Source: an uncultured Acidimicrobiales bacterium (GTDB taxonomy: Bacteria; Actinomycetota; Acidimicrobiia; Acidimicrobiales; Bin134). Taken from it: DNA of 64,000 bases. Below, piece by piece: positions 28,718-37,713 of the stretch. The translations under genes and the position numbers were made by a program. Numbering within the stretch: the first letter of the stretch is position 1; the number at the start of each line of letters is the position of its first letter. The notes under the pieces were generated by a model, which saw nothing but the letters and a program-made list of their open reading frames with translations, ran no database searches and was not told where the DNA came from. Where the stretch lies: the NCBI GenBank assembly GCA_951813555.1, contig OX638344.1:2854475-2918474 (forward strand). The letters run 5' to 3'.

Positions 28718-29653
28718 CTATTGGCCTGAACCCAAATGCTGGCCCAGGGCTTCGGCGGCCTCCAGGGTCTCGGCGGGATCGTACGAGACGACCACCATGT
28801 TGATGGCATCGGCCCCGGCTTTGCCCAACTCAGTCAGAGTTCCGAGCGTGGCTTCCCGATCGGTCAAGTCGAGCACGTTCGGGTTGTGACCCCCCATCGC
28901 CGATGGCCAGGTGGTGGCCACGGTGAACGGCTGGTCGGCTCGGGCCGATTGCTTGCGCTCTTGGCGCAAGAAGCTCACATGCTCCCGCAAGCCCTCCGGA
29001 GTCATCCGCGAAGCCAGCCAGCCGTCTCCCACCGCTGCGGCCCGGCGAAGCGCGGGCCGGGAGTGGCCGCCCAAAAGAATGGGCAACGGCGACTGCACCG
29101 GCTTGGGCCTCATGTTGAGAGGCGGAAACGAGTGGGTTTTCCCCTCATAGGAGGGATGCTCTTGCTCCCACAGTGCGCGCAAGATCTGGATGCCGTCCTC
29201 CAGCGCCTGGCGACGCCGGGGATAGTCGGCGCCAAGGGCTTCGAACTCCTCGCGAAGCCAACCGAGCGTCACCCCGAAAATCACCCGTCCCCCCGACAGG
29301 TAGTCGAGGGTGGCCACGGCCTTGCCGACGATCACGGGGTTGCGCTGGGGAAGCACGCAGGCGTTGACCGCGAGCCGAATGGTGGACGTCGCCCCAGCAA
29401 CAAAGGCCAAGGTGGTGAGCGCCTCCATCCGGGGGTTGTCGGTGGGATACGGATACTTGCCGTCGGCCGTGGTGGGGTTCGGCGAGGAGAACTCCACCGG
29501 GAAGGCGATGTGGTCGCCCACCCACACCGAGTCCAGCCCGGCCAACTCTGCGGCTTTCGCGACGTCTACGATGTCCTGAGCCGTGGCCGGGCCTTCATAG
29601 GGCAGACAGAGGCCGATCTTTGGACCGTGGTAGGGCGTGTTGTCCGATCCCAT
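28718..29653 (-). CDS. LLM-class F420-dependent oxidoreductase
   Basis: IGLCLPYEG...LDSVWVGDHIAFP...TIRLAVNACVLPQRNPVIVGKAVATLDYLSGGRVIFGVTLGW. Confidence 0.85.
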   Translation of the reverse strand: MGSDNTPYHGPKIGLCLPYEGPATAQDIVDVAKAAELAGLDSVWVGDHIAFPVEFSSPNPTTADGKYPYPTDNPRMEALTTLAFVAGATSTIRLAVNACVLPQRNPVIVGKAVATLDYLSGGRVIFGVTLGWLREEFEALGADYPRRRQALEDGIQILRALWEQEHPSYEGKTHSFPPLNMRPKPVQSPLPILLGGHSRPALRRAAAVGDGWLASRMTPEGLREHVSFLRQERKQSARADQPFTVATTWPSAMGGHNPNVLDLTDREATLGTLTELGKAGADAINMVVVSYDPAETLEAAEALGQHLGSGQ

Positions 29654-29692
29654 AGACTCTGCTTTCGGTAGTTGGGGCTTTCGGTTACCGAG

Positions 29693-30682
29693 CTAGCCGG
29701 ACAATAGCGGGACCACCTCGGCGCCGAACCGCTTGAGTTGCGCCATGGCGTGGGCATGGTCGTATCCGGGCCACTGCGGTTTGTAGATGAAGTGCGAGTG
29801 CTCGACCTGCTCCATGAGGTAGGAGAGCCCCTCGGCCACCTGGGAGGGGTTGCCGAGCACGAACCGATCGTCCAGCCAGTCGCGGTGGCCGAGGCCGTCG
29901 TCCACGTCGAGCCCCCACGAGCGATACGTGCCATAGCGCGAGGCCGCCCCCGATGACACCGCCGCTTCGGCTTCGGCCGGGTTGTCGGCGATGTAGACCT
30001 CCCGACGGACCGGGATGGCTGTTAGCGCTCGATTGCCATAGGCCGCCCGCTCTTCCCGGTACGCCTGAAAGAGGTCGACGAGCTCCCGATGTGTCGGGAA
30101 CGGTGCGGCGTACCAGGCGTCGCCCACCCGGGCGGCACGGCGCACCGAGGCCTCCACCTGGGCACCGACCCAGATCGGAGGGTGGGGCTGCCGGACCGGA
30201 AGGGTGGACAACTCGACGTCGTCGAGCTGGTAGAAGCGGCCATGGTGGTTGACCGGCTGTCCAGTCCACAGCGCTCTGATGATCTCCACCGACTCCTCGA
30301 ATCGCTCAGTTCGAGTGGTGCGGTCTACGCCGAAGGCATCGAATTCGTCTTGGCTGTAGCCGATCCCCACTCCCATGATCACCCGCCCGCCGGTCACCGC
30401 ATCCATGGTGGCCACTTCCTCCGCAATGGTGAGTGGATGGTGCAAGGGCAACAGCAGGATGCCGGTGGCGACTTCGACAGTCGGAAACTGCATGGCAATC
30501 GAGGTCAGATACGGGATGGGCTGGAGGTAGCGCAGCGTGGGCGCGGCAAAATGCTGGCCCGCCACGACGAGGTCGAACCCGTGATCCACGGCAACTGATA
30601 TCAGCTCGTGGTGTTCGGCGATCTGTCGGTCCACAGGCACCGACCGGTCGTGTACCGAAGTCAACAGCAGGCCGAATCTCAC
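29693..30682 (-). CDS. LLM-class flavin/F420-dependent oxidoreductase
   Basis: VRFGLLLTS...FDLVVAGQHF...VEVATGILLLPLHHPLTIAEEVATMDAVTGGRVIMGVGIGY. I prefer the GTG at 30680-30682; the track start at 30793 would run through the conserved 25-nt block. Confidence 0.8.
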   Translation of the reverse strand: MRFGLLLTSVHDRSVPVDRQIAEHHELISVAVDHGFDLVVAGQHFAAPTLRYLQPIPYLTSIAMQFPTVEVATGILLLPLHHPLTIAEEVATMDAVTGGRVIMGVGIGYSQDEFDAFGVDRTTRTERFEESVEIIRALWTGQPVNHHGRFYQLDDVELSTLPVRQPHPPIWVGAQVEASVRRAARVGDAWYAAPFPTHRELVDLFQAYREERAAYGNRALTAIPVRREVYIADNPAEAEAAVSSGAASRYGTYRSWGLDVDDGLGHRDWLDDRFVLGNPSQVAEGLSYLMEQVEHSHFIYKPQWPGYDHAHAMAQLKRFGAEVVPLLSG

Positions 30683-30726
30683 CGGGCTATCTTTGTTCAA
30701 GCAGACCACAGTGTGCTGAACACGTG

Positions 30727-30769
30727 TTGCCGCCGGTCTGTAGACGTCGCTAGACAGTCGCCATGCGAC
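30727..30769 (+). promoter_or_regulatory. Conserved promoter/operator-like block, copy 1 (TTGCCGC-N11-CGTCGCTAGACAGTCGCCATGCGAC)
   Basis: The 25-nt core at 30745-30769 is identical to 46030-46054. TTGCCGC lies 18 nt upstream of the core start in both copies. The core contains TAGACA and the 13-bp palindrome GTCGCcatGCGAC, which includes an ATG. Confidence 0.5.
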
Positions 30770-30971
30770 AGGATACGCCGCCACCCCCGGCATCTATCTC
30801 ATATGAGCATCGCCTTCCCCGGCTGTGGCAACCAGTCGCGTTGTTATCGCCCACGAGTCCCGTAGCCCACGGCGGGGCAACAGGAACGAACCGCCCAGCG
30901 CAACTTTGTTCGCTGAACAGGCTGCATTTGACAGATTGCTAGTACGAAGGGCAAGACCTAAGGGACAAGAC

Positions 30972-32579
30972 TTAGGCATCCCCAAGGATCATGTCTGATG
31001 CCCTTTCTGCGATCATGATGGTGGCGGCTTGAGTGTTGGAGCTGACGAGATCTGGCATCACGGATGCACAACAAACCCGAAGGCCTTCTACCCCGCGAAC
31101 CATGAGATCAGGCGAGCACACGGACTCGTTCCCCGATCCCATCGCGCAGGTGCCGACGGGATGGTACGCGGTCCGTCCAAAGTCCCGGGCATAACGTATC
31201 AACTCGTCTTTGGAGTTCCCGTAGGACGAACTCGGGTGATGCTCGCCCTGGACGTATTTCGAGAAAGCGGGCTGGTTCATGATTTCTCGCATCTGGCGCA
31301 TACCTGCGATGCTGATTTCCACGTCATACTCCTCGGCGAGGTAATTCGGGTCAATTACGGGTTGAGCCATGGGATCAGAGGAGGCTAGTTGTACCGAACC
31401 CCGGCTATGGGGCCGTACGAAGTAGCTATTGAGTGTGCATCCATATCCTGGCTCAGTGGAGGTGATTCCCGCTTCAGCCCCCGCGGCGGGGAGAAAATGG
31501 AACTGCAAATCCGGTGTCGGAGCAGCGTCGTCGCCGTAGGTGAAGGCACCGCCCTCTACGACCGTTGAGGTGAGCGGGCCACGCCGACCGAATGCATAGC
31601 GCAGGAGCGCTCCGACGCTCTCCAGTCGGACCTGAAGCAAGCGATCGAAGGACAGCTTTTTCCGGAGCGAGTAAACGATGTCGAGGTCGCAGTGGTCTTG
31701 AAGGTTCTGGCCTACGTACGGCGATACGATGGCGGTTTCAATGCCGATTCTACCCAGCGCTGCGGGGTCACCAATTCCTGACAACTGCAGAATTTTGGGC
31801 GTGTTGATGGCACCGGCAGCCATGAGCACCTCCCGTTCAGCTTTGTAGGCGATCTTGCTTCCCCGAGCCGTCGCTTCGACACCGACGACCCGGCACCCGT
31901 CGAGAATGAGCCGCAACACATGGCTTTCGAGTTCCACTTTTAGGTTGGGGCGATGTTCGGCTGGCTTGAAGTAAGCGGTGGCGGCACTGCAACGTTTGCG
32001 GTTGCGGTTGGTGATCTGGTACGCACCCACGCCTAGCTGCGACTCTCCGTTGAAGTCACGGGTCTCGGGGATACCGGCCTGCTTGCCAGCCTCAATAAAC
32101 GCCTCCGTCAGCGGGTGGAGTTGGAGAAAGTCTGAGACTCCCAGAGGGCCATCGGTTCCGTGCCATGGAGCACCCAGCCTGCTGTTGCCTTCCGAGCGGA
32201 TGAAGTACTTTTGAATCTCGGCAAAACTCCAGCCGGTACAGCCGTATTTCTTGCTCCAACGGTCATAGTCTTCAGGGGCTCCGCGGGTGAATACCTGGGC
32301 ATTGATCGAACCTCCTCCACCAAGCACCTTCCCCTGCGCGTACGGGATAGCACGGTTTTGGCAGTGCAACTGGGGACCGGTTGAGAATCCCCAGTCGTAA
32401 GGACCGGCGGTCAGCTTGGCAAAGCCGGCGGGAATATGGATCAGGGGGTGCCGGTCGCGCTTTCCGGCCTCGATGAGCAGAACGGAGACATCGGAATTGG
32501 CACTAAGTCGCGCCGCCAGGACACAACCTGCGGTACCGCCACCCACGATGACGTAGTCATAATTGCGGGTTGCCTTCAA
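30972..32579 (-). CDS. GMC family oxidoreductase (choline dehydrogenase-like)
   Basis: FAD fold DYVIVGGGTAGCVLAARLS, VLGGGGSINAQVF, C-terminal HPVGTCAMG. TTG start overlaps the stop of the upstream LbH gene. Confidence 0.9.
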   Translation of the reverse strand: MKATRNYDYVIVGGGTAGCVLAARLSANSDVSVLLIEAGKRDRHPLIHIPAGFAKLTAGPYDWGFSTGPQLHCQNRAIPYAQGKVLGGGGSINAQVFTRGAPEDYDRWSKKYGCTGWSFAEIQKYFIRSEGNSRLGAPWHGTDGPLGVSDFLQLHPLTEAFIEAGKQAGIPETRDFNGESQLGVGAYQITNRNRKRCSAATAYFKPAEHRPNLKVELESHVLRLILDGCRVVGVEATARGSKIAYKAEREVLMAAGAINTPKILQLSGIGDPAALGRIGIETAIVSPYVGQNLQDHCDLDIVYSLRKKLSFDRLLQVRLESVGALLRYAFGRRGPLTSTVVEGGAFTYGDDAAPTPDLQFHFLPAAGAEAGITSTEPGYGCTLNSYFVRPHSRGSVQLASSDPMAQPVIDPNYLAEEYDVEISIAGMRQMREIMNQPAFSKYVQGEHHPSSSYGNSKDELIRYARDFGRTAYHPVGTCAMGSGNESVCSPDLMVRGVEGLRVCCASVMPDLVSSNTQAATIMIAERASDMILGDA

Positions 32580-33010
32580 TGTGCGCTCCCGTTGGTTGCC
32601 GGTGTGCCTGCCACCCGTCGTCCAGCCTCAATGATGGTGCCACTAGTCACAGTCGAGCGGGGCGCGACTACTGCTCCTAGGCCCACAACCGCCCCAGCCA
32701 AGACGATAGCTCCGTCGCCAATAACCGCGCTGGCCATGATGTGACACCCTTCAATGTGGACGGCAGTGCCGATAATGGCCGAAGAATCGATGGTAGTCGG
32801 ACGACCGGGAGTGACGTGAACAACGCAACGTGGTCCGATCACAACACCGTCACCGATAGAGATGGGGGCATCATCGGCGCGCAAAACCGCGCGGCTGCCG
32901 ATCACACTGTGGGCGCCGATTGTCACGTCGCCGATCACTACGACGTCGGTTTCAACGGTTGCATGTGGATCAATCTCGGGTTCGGCACCGCCAAATGTGT
33001 AGCGAATCAC
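32576..33010 (-). CDS. Left-handed beta-helix (hexapeptide repeat) protein, gamma-carbonic-anhydrase/PaaY-like
   Basis: Repetitive [IV]G-x4 hexapeptide pattern (VVVIGDVTIGAHSVIGSRAVLRAD...ISIGDGVVIGPRCVVH). 144 aa, which is shorter than typical family members. Confidence 0.65.
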   Translation of the reverse strand: MIRYTFGGAEPEIDPHATVETDVVVIGDVTIGAHSVIGSRAVLRADDAPISIGDGVVIGPRCVVHVTPGRPTTIDSSAIIGTAVHIEGCHIMASAVIGDGAIVLAGAVVGLGAVVAPRSTVTSGTIIEAGRRVAGTPATNGSAH

Positions 33011-33037
33011 AATCGTGGAGCCTTGAATTCCTGGCGG

Positions 33038-33202
33038 TCAGCGCAGCCTGGAACAGGACTGTGCACTCGACCCGCGTTCGCATTGCGTCACCCAAAGCTC
33101 TGCCGGTTGCCCGATTGCGGCCGCGCCAAAGACGAGTTGGGTAACCTCTAGGCCAGTTCGGCCAAACGACCGTCTCCACGTCGACGCTGGTTCTGACATC
33201 AT
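33038..33202 (-). pseudogene. Relic of an aldo/keto reductase N-terminus
   Basis: The translation MMSEPASTWRRSFGRTGLEVTQLVFGAAAIG matches the AKR N-terminal pattern (R-x-LG-x-TGL-x-VS-x-G-FG). The similarity is then lost and the frame stops 24 codons later. Confidence 0.4.
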
Positions 33203-33245
33203 GGGAGCACCAAGGACCGTCGCCTGGAGGGAACGAGAAGGCCTA

Positions 33246-33304
33246 GGCATGTGGGCCCGCACCGCGAGGGGAGGGGGTACCGCAGCGGTGCGGGCCCACA
33301 TGCC
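33246..33304 (-). terminator. Perfect 20-bp stem hairpin downstream of the sugar-binding protein gene
   Basis: ggcatgtgggcccgcaccgc (33246-33265) pairs with gcggtgcgggcccacatgcc (33285-33304), with a 19-nt loop. It lies 27 nt past the stop at 33332. There is no clear U-tract, as is common in high-GC actinobacteria. Confidence 0.6.
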
Positions 33305-33331
33305 GACAGGAGGATGGGCTTGAACCACTTC

Positions 33332-34636
33332 CTACAGTGCGGGGGTGTTGGCTCGGCTGAAGGGGTCGTCCCAGAGGGCTTGGTAGTTAGCGGGATCAGG
33401 GTCGCCGGTGAAATCGCCAACGTTGGAGGCGTCGATCAGCACGTCGTCGTGGAATGCGACTCGCTGTCCGTCCGGCACCGAGTTGATGTCGAGCTGGCCA
33501 GTGAGAACCTGGTGGCAGATCGCAAGTCCGATGCCACCCTGGTAGGGGGCGTCGGGAGAGATCGTGACCGCAAACTCTCCGGCCTCCACAGCGGCCAGGC
33601 CCTCAGGGGTGGCGTCGATTCCAACAACGGGGACGACACCGGCCTTGCCCGCAGCCCGTAGCGCCTCCACAGCCCCGATGCCCATGCCGTCGTTGGCGGC
33701 CCAGATGCCGCCAATATCATCGCCATACTGGGCCAGCCAAGCTTCGGTCACCGACTGGGCTTCATCGATCTGCCATCCAGCGGTTTGATCGTCGAGCAAG
33801 GTGATTCTGGGGAACTTCGCCAGCGCGTTCTGCAAGCCCTCGAATCGAGTCTGCGCGGCGCTGTTGTCCAAGATCCCCTGCAACGCGACGATATTGCCCT
33901 CGCCTCCCATCGCCTCAAACAGCGCCGTCGCGATGGCCTCGCCGCCAGCCACACCATTGAAAGTGACATGCGCAGCCCAATTGTCCGAGTCCAGCGGGCT
34001 CAAATCATCAGGACGACTCCACTGAGTCACCATACATGCACCGGCCTCTTCCACGGTCTCGAGGATTTGGGGTACGATCGAGGTCTCATTCGGGTCCACG
34101 TTGAGAGCTACGCAGGGCCCATCAACAGCTAAAATCGACTGGATCTGAGACAACTGCTGCGCCGAATCTGACTCCGAGGCCAAGAACTGATAGGGCGCAC
34201 CTGCCGAATCGGCAAAGAACCGCGCACCCGCATCGGCAGCCACGTAGTACGGATTCGCCAACGTCCGACCCGAAAATACCAACGACACCTCATCAAGAGC
34301 ACATACGCCTGCCGTAGCAGCGTCGCCTTCGCCGGTGTCTGTTGCTTCAGTAGTCGTTTGCTCACCAGCGTCGCCTTCGCCGGTGTCTGTTGCTTCAGTA
34401 GTCGTTTGCTCACCAGCGTCGCCTTCGCCGGTGTCAGTTGCTTCAGTAGTCGTTTGCTCACCGGCGTCGCCTTCGCCGGTGTCTGTTGCTTCAGTAGTCG
34501 TTTGCTCAGGGCTTCCGACAGCAGGGTCGTCATCGTCGTTGCCGCAAGCGGCAAAAGCAAGCGAGATGACAGCGAGCAGCGCCAACAGCACTTGCAATCG
34601 GCTGCGGTTTGGAGTGTATGGGTTTTGCATAAGCAT
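33332..34636 (-). CDS. Sugar ABC transporter substrate-binding lipoprotein (periplasmic binding protein type I, RbsB-like) with repeat linker
   Basis: Signal peptide plus lipobox LAFAAC, then four copies of EQTTTEATDTGEGDAG, then a PBP domain (VSLVFSGRTLANPYY...WAANDGMGIGAVEAL). Confidence 0.85.
   Translation of the reverse strand: MLMQNPYTPNRSRLQVLLALLAVISLAFAACGNDDDDPAVGSPEQTTTEATDTGEGDAGEQTTTEATDTGEGDAGEQTTTEATDTGEGDAGEQTTTEATDTGEGDAATAGVCALDEVSLVFSGRTLANPYYVAADAGARFFADSAGAPYQFLASESDSAQQLSQIQSILAVDGPCVALNVDPNETSIVPQILETVEEAGACMVTQWSRPDDLSPLDSDNWAAHVTFNGVAGGEAIATALFEAMGGEGNIVALQGILDNSAAQTRFEGLQNALAKFPRITLLDDQTAGWQIDEAQSVTEAWLAQYGDDIGGIWAANDGMGIGAVEALRAAGKAGVVPVVGIDATPEGLAAVEAGEFAVTISPDAPYQGGIGLAICHQVLTGQLDINSVPDGQRVAFHDDVLIDASNVGDFTGDPDPANYQALWDDPFSRANTPAL
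34320..34508. repeat. Tandem repeat, 48-bp unit, about 3.9 copies, in frame inside the binding-protein gene
   Basis: Units start at 34320, 34368, 34416 and 34464 (gcgtcgccttcgccggtgtctgttgcttcagtagtcgtttgctcacca), with only 2-3 substitutions among the copies. Confidence 0.95.
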
Positions 34637-34683
34637 TCTCCTTTATGTCGGCCAACGCACGCTGAGTCAACGCAACTCGGTTC

Positions 34684-34697
34684 AGATATCGATTTCT
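34684..34697. promoter_or_regulatory. Candidate LacI operator 1 (AGAAATCGATATCT on the minus strand)
   Basis: Near-palindrome agatatcgatttct, 48-61 nt upstream of the binding-protein start at 34636. It shares the AGAAAyCGAT core with 40302-40313 and 40413-40424. Confidence 0.45.
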
Positions 34698-34836
34698 AGC
34701 CTATCCAACGCACCGTTGTCAAGACTCAGTTCTCTGCGCTGATCTGTGGGGGACAGCCAGCCCAACCAGCGTTCAACGGCCAAGGACGAGGAGTGAGTAA
34801 TCGGTTGCTTGACTTTTCTCCGTTTTGCTGGTCGCG

Positions 34837-35922
34837 ATGATCTGCGCGGCTAGACTCCCAGCGTCAGACTTTGTGCACAAGACGACCCTAGATGGAGTTC
34901 CTGCGGTGGCTAACCGGAAGCCCACAATCTCGGATGTGGCACGGGTTGCCCAGGTGTCAGAGGCCACGGTTTCTCGGGCGCTCCGCGGTATTCAATCTGT
35001 TGATCCAATCTTGGTGGCACGGGTTGAGGCAGCCGCCGAGCGGCTGGGCTACACACCCAATCCGGTGGCGCAGGATCTTCGATTCGGATCCTCTCGGGCA
35101 ATCGGGATCATGGTGCCAGATCTTGCGAATCCCTATTTTGGACGGTTGGTGCGGGCGATATCCCGGGCTGCCACGGCCAAGGGTTACAGGACCCTGCTGA
35201 GCGACACCGGCGAAAATCCCGATGAGGAGCTGGGAGCGCTGGGAACTCTCGCTCGCCATGTCGATGGTGTGGTGATGTGCTCACCACGGATGTCGGACAG
35301 CAACTTGTCGCAGGCGGCAAAGTTGTTCCAGCCATTGGTCATGACGGCGCGGCTGAGTCGTGGCGTGGGCATCACGTCGGTTGCGGTCGACTCCTACCGG
35401 GATTGCGGCGAGCTCATCGGCCAACTTCACAAGCTAGGCCACCGACGACTTGTCTTTGTCTCAGGCCCCGAGCACAGTTGGCAGAACGCCGAGCGAGCAC
35501 GAGCCGTCATCGACTCTGGGGCGTTTGGGATGCATTGCGATGTCGTGGCCGGTGGAACGGAGATCGTCGATGGCTACAAGGCGGTAGACCTTGCACTGGA
35601 AGCGAACCCAACGGTGATCGTGGCATTCAACGATATTCTCGCGATCGGCGTCTACGAAGCGCTGCGCGAGCGTGGCGTTGCGATCCCCCGTGACGTCTCG
35701 GTCGCATCGTTTGACGACATCTCTATTGCTGCGCATCTGACCCCGGCGCTCACGACTGTGCGCAGTCCCCGCGAGGAGATAGGACAACGGGCCCTCGACG
35801 CGCTGATGGCTCTAATCAAGGAAGAGGAGGTGCCGGCGACTCACTCCTTGACTGCGGAGGTGGTCATGCGCGAGTCAACGGGACCCGCACTCCAGATTGA
35901 CGAGCAGTCAACCCGGCTGTGA
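34837..35922 (+). CDS. LacI family transcriptional regulator
   Basis: HTH PTISDVARVAQVSEATVSRALRG followed by a periplasmic-binding-protein-like effector domain. ATG at 34837; the track used TTG at 34825. Confidence 0.9.
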   Translation: MICAARLPASDFVHKTTLDGVPAVANRKPTISDVARVAQVSEATVSRALRGIQSVDPILVARVEAAAERLGYTPNPVAQDLRFGSSRAIGIMVPDLANPYFGRLVRAISRAATAKGYRTLLSDTGENPDEELGALGTLARHVDGVVMCSPRMSDSNLSQAAKLFQPLVMTARLSRGVGITSVAVDSYRDCGELIGQLHKLGHRRLVFVSGPEHSWQNAERARAVIDSGAFGMHCDVVAGGTEIVDGYKAVDLALEANPTVIVAFNDILAIGVYEALRERGVAIPRDVSVASFDDISIAAHLTPALTTVRSPREEIGQRALDALMALIKEEEVPATHSLTAEVVMRESTGPALQIDEQSTRL

Positions 35923-35931
35923 CGCAATGGG

Positions 35932-36753
35932 TCAATAGGGTTGGAGCGATGCGTATGAGGACACCACAGCGTCGAATGCCTCTTGAGGAGGCAGCGCCCA
36001 CAGCCGATTACTGAGAACCTCTACCTCCACAGGGCCCGAGTAACCAGCGGCATCAACAAGCCCCCCAAGTTTGCAAAGGTCGATAAAGCCCTCCCCTGGA
36101 AGACCTCGGCTGGTAAGCCCGCCGTGGATAGGAAGGATCCAGTCGGAAATCTGGTAGCAGAATGTCCGGCCTGCCGACTGCTCGATCAGGGCTTCGACGT
36201 CCGGATCCCAAAAGACATGATAAGCGTCAAGGGCCACACCTACGTTCTCGCTCGGGAATCCGACAGCGAGCGCAAGCGCCTCAGCCAGAGTGACGATGAC
36301 CGAGCGGTCGGCAACCATCATCGGGTGCAGCGGCTCAACGGCCAGTCGAACGCCGCACGAGGCAGCGTGTTCAGCGACGGCCTCGATACCGGCGCGCACC
36401 TGCTTACGGCTCCGCTGGAGGTCTCGGTCTTTTACGGGGCCGCAAACCAGAACAAGCGACGCCGCGCCAAGCTTGGCCGCTTCATCGATCGCCCGAAAAT
36501 TATCCTCAATCGCGGCTTTCTCGTTTGCCGAGGTCGTGGCGGTGAACATGCCGCCGCGGCATAGGCTCGAAACTGCGATACCAGTGGCGTCAAGAGATGA
36601 CCGAACTCTTTCGAGGCCCGCACTCTCGACGCGGTCACGCCAAAGCGCCACCCAACGGATACCCTTTTCTGCGCACTTTTCTATGAGATCGATGGAAGTC
36701 CATCCGCGGATGCAAATCTCGTTGACGCTAAGGCGATCGAGGGTGTGGATCAC
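35932..36753 (-). CDS. Sugar phosphate isomerase/epimerase (xylose-isomerase-like TIM barrel)
   Basis: 273 aa. The pattern ...AAKLGAASLVLVCGP...VRLAVEPLHP...DAYHVFWDP is typical of the AP-endonuclease-2/TIM family. It overlaps the upstream permease stop by 4 nt. Confidence 0.8.
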   Translation of the reverse strand: MIHTLDRLSVNEICIRGWTSIDLIEKCAEKGIRWVALWRDRVESAGLERVRSSLDATGIAVSSLCRGGMFTATTSANEKAAIEDNFRAIDEAAKLGAASLVLVCGPVKDRDLQRSRKQVRAGIEAVAEHAASCGVRLAVEPLHPMMVADRSVIVTLAEALALAVGFPSENVGVALDAYHVFWDPDVEALIEQSAGRTFCYQISDWILPIHGGLTSRGLPGEGFIDLCKLGGLVDAAGYSGPVEVEVLSNRLWALPPQEAFDAVVSSYASLQPY

Positions 36754-37712
36754 TTGATCACCGGGAGCCGCGAGCGATCGATGGTCACCGCTACGGAAAC
36801 GATGGCGAGCATGCCAAATATGACGGGCTGGATTGAGGTCTCCACACCTGCGACATCGAGGCCTACTCGCAGTACAGCGACTATCAGCGTTCCAATCAGA
36901 GTTCGTCCTACGCCTCCGACACCCCCGGTAATTGCCGTCCCGCCCAGGATTACCGCCGCGATGGCCGGAAGCAGCAGCGAGTTTGCGGTTGTCGGCGATG
37001 CAATCTCAAGCCACGCAATGAGCACGGTCCCGGCCAGGCCGGAGAAAAAGCCAGAGATTGCAAAACCGATCAGCACAATCCGGTCGGCGTTAACGCCAGA
37101 CAGCGAAGCCGGGCGCTGCCCGTTGCCGACTGCGAAGAGCCGTCGGCCGAATGTGCAATTTGCCAGCAGATACGCGTAGCCCACGGCTACGACAACAGCC
37201 GCAATAGCGGCGTTCGGAATGCCCAACGTGCGGTCGAAGAGCCTAGACGCCACGCCGGGGTCGACACTGAGACTCCGTCCCTCGGAGATGAAGAGCGCCA
37301 GCCCCGACCACACCCCAAGACCACCGAGGGTGATCATGAAGGAGGCAACCTGGGCCCGCATATGCAACCAGCCGTGAAGTGCACCGATCCCAGACGTGAT
37401 GGCGATAACAGCCACGATTCCAAATGTTCCGAGATCTGGGGCCCATTTCGCCATCAAGATTGCTGCGAAGGAGGTAACGGCTGCATTCGCCAGATCGATG
37501 CGGCCCAAGAGGATGACGGTCATCTGCCCCATAGAGAGCATAAAGATCAGTGGAAACTGCTCAGCAAGCGTCCGGAGGCTGGCCGCTTTCAGGAAGCTTG
37601 GTTCAAGCAGGCTGACCCCGGCAACCAGCGCTACCAGCATGGCCAGGGGGGCCAATTGAGCTAGACGACGACGCAAGAGCCGAATTGGCGCCGTGTCGGC
37701 TACGACGGTCAC
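36750..37712 (-). CDS. Sugar ABC transporter permease (RbsC/AraH type)
   Basis: Hydrophobic 320 aa. GTG at 37710-37712 lies just downstream of the ATPase stop at 37714-37716. The upstream part of the track ORF lies inside the ATPase gene. Confidence 0.8.
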   Translation of the reverse strand: MTVVADTAPIRLLRRRLAQLAPLAMLVALVAGVSLLEPSFLKAASLRTLAEQFPLIFMLSMGQMTVILLGRIDLANAAVTSFAAILMAKWAPDLGTFGIVAVIAITSGIGALHGWLHMRAQVASFMITLGGLGVWSGLALFISEGRSLSVDPGVASRLFDRTLGIPNAAIAAVVVAVGYAYLLANCTFGRRLFAVGNGQRPASLSGVNADRIVLIGFAISGFFSGLAGTVLIAWLEIASPTTANSLLLPAIAAVILGGTAITGGVGGVGRTLIGTLIVAVLRVGLDVAGVETSIQPVIFGMLAIVSVAVTIDRSRLPVIK

Positions 37713-37713
37713 G

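Noticed and set aside
34320-34508. Possible CRISPR array
   Set aside because: The repeats are directly tandem with no spacers, are in frame within a CDS, and no cas genes are present.
34129-34742. ORFs 34129-34560(-), 34335-34742(+) and 34358-34699(+) with striking internal repeats
   Set aside because: They are out-of-frame readings of the 48-bp tandem repeat. Only the frame at 33332-34636 has a signal peptide, a lipobox and a binding-protein domain.
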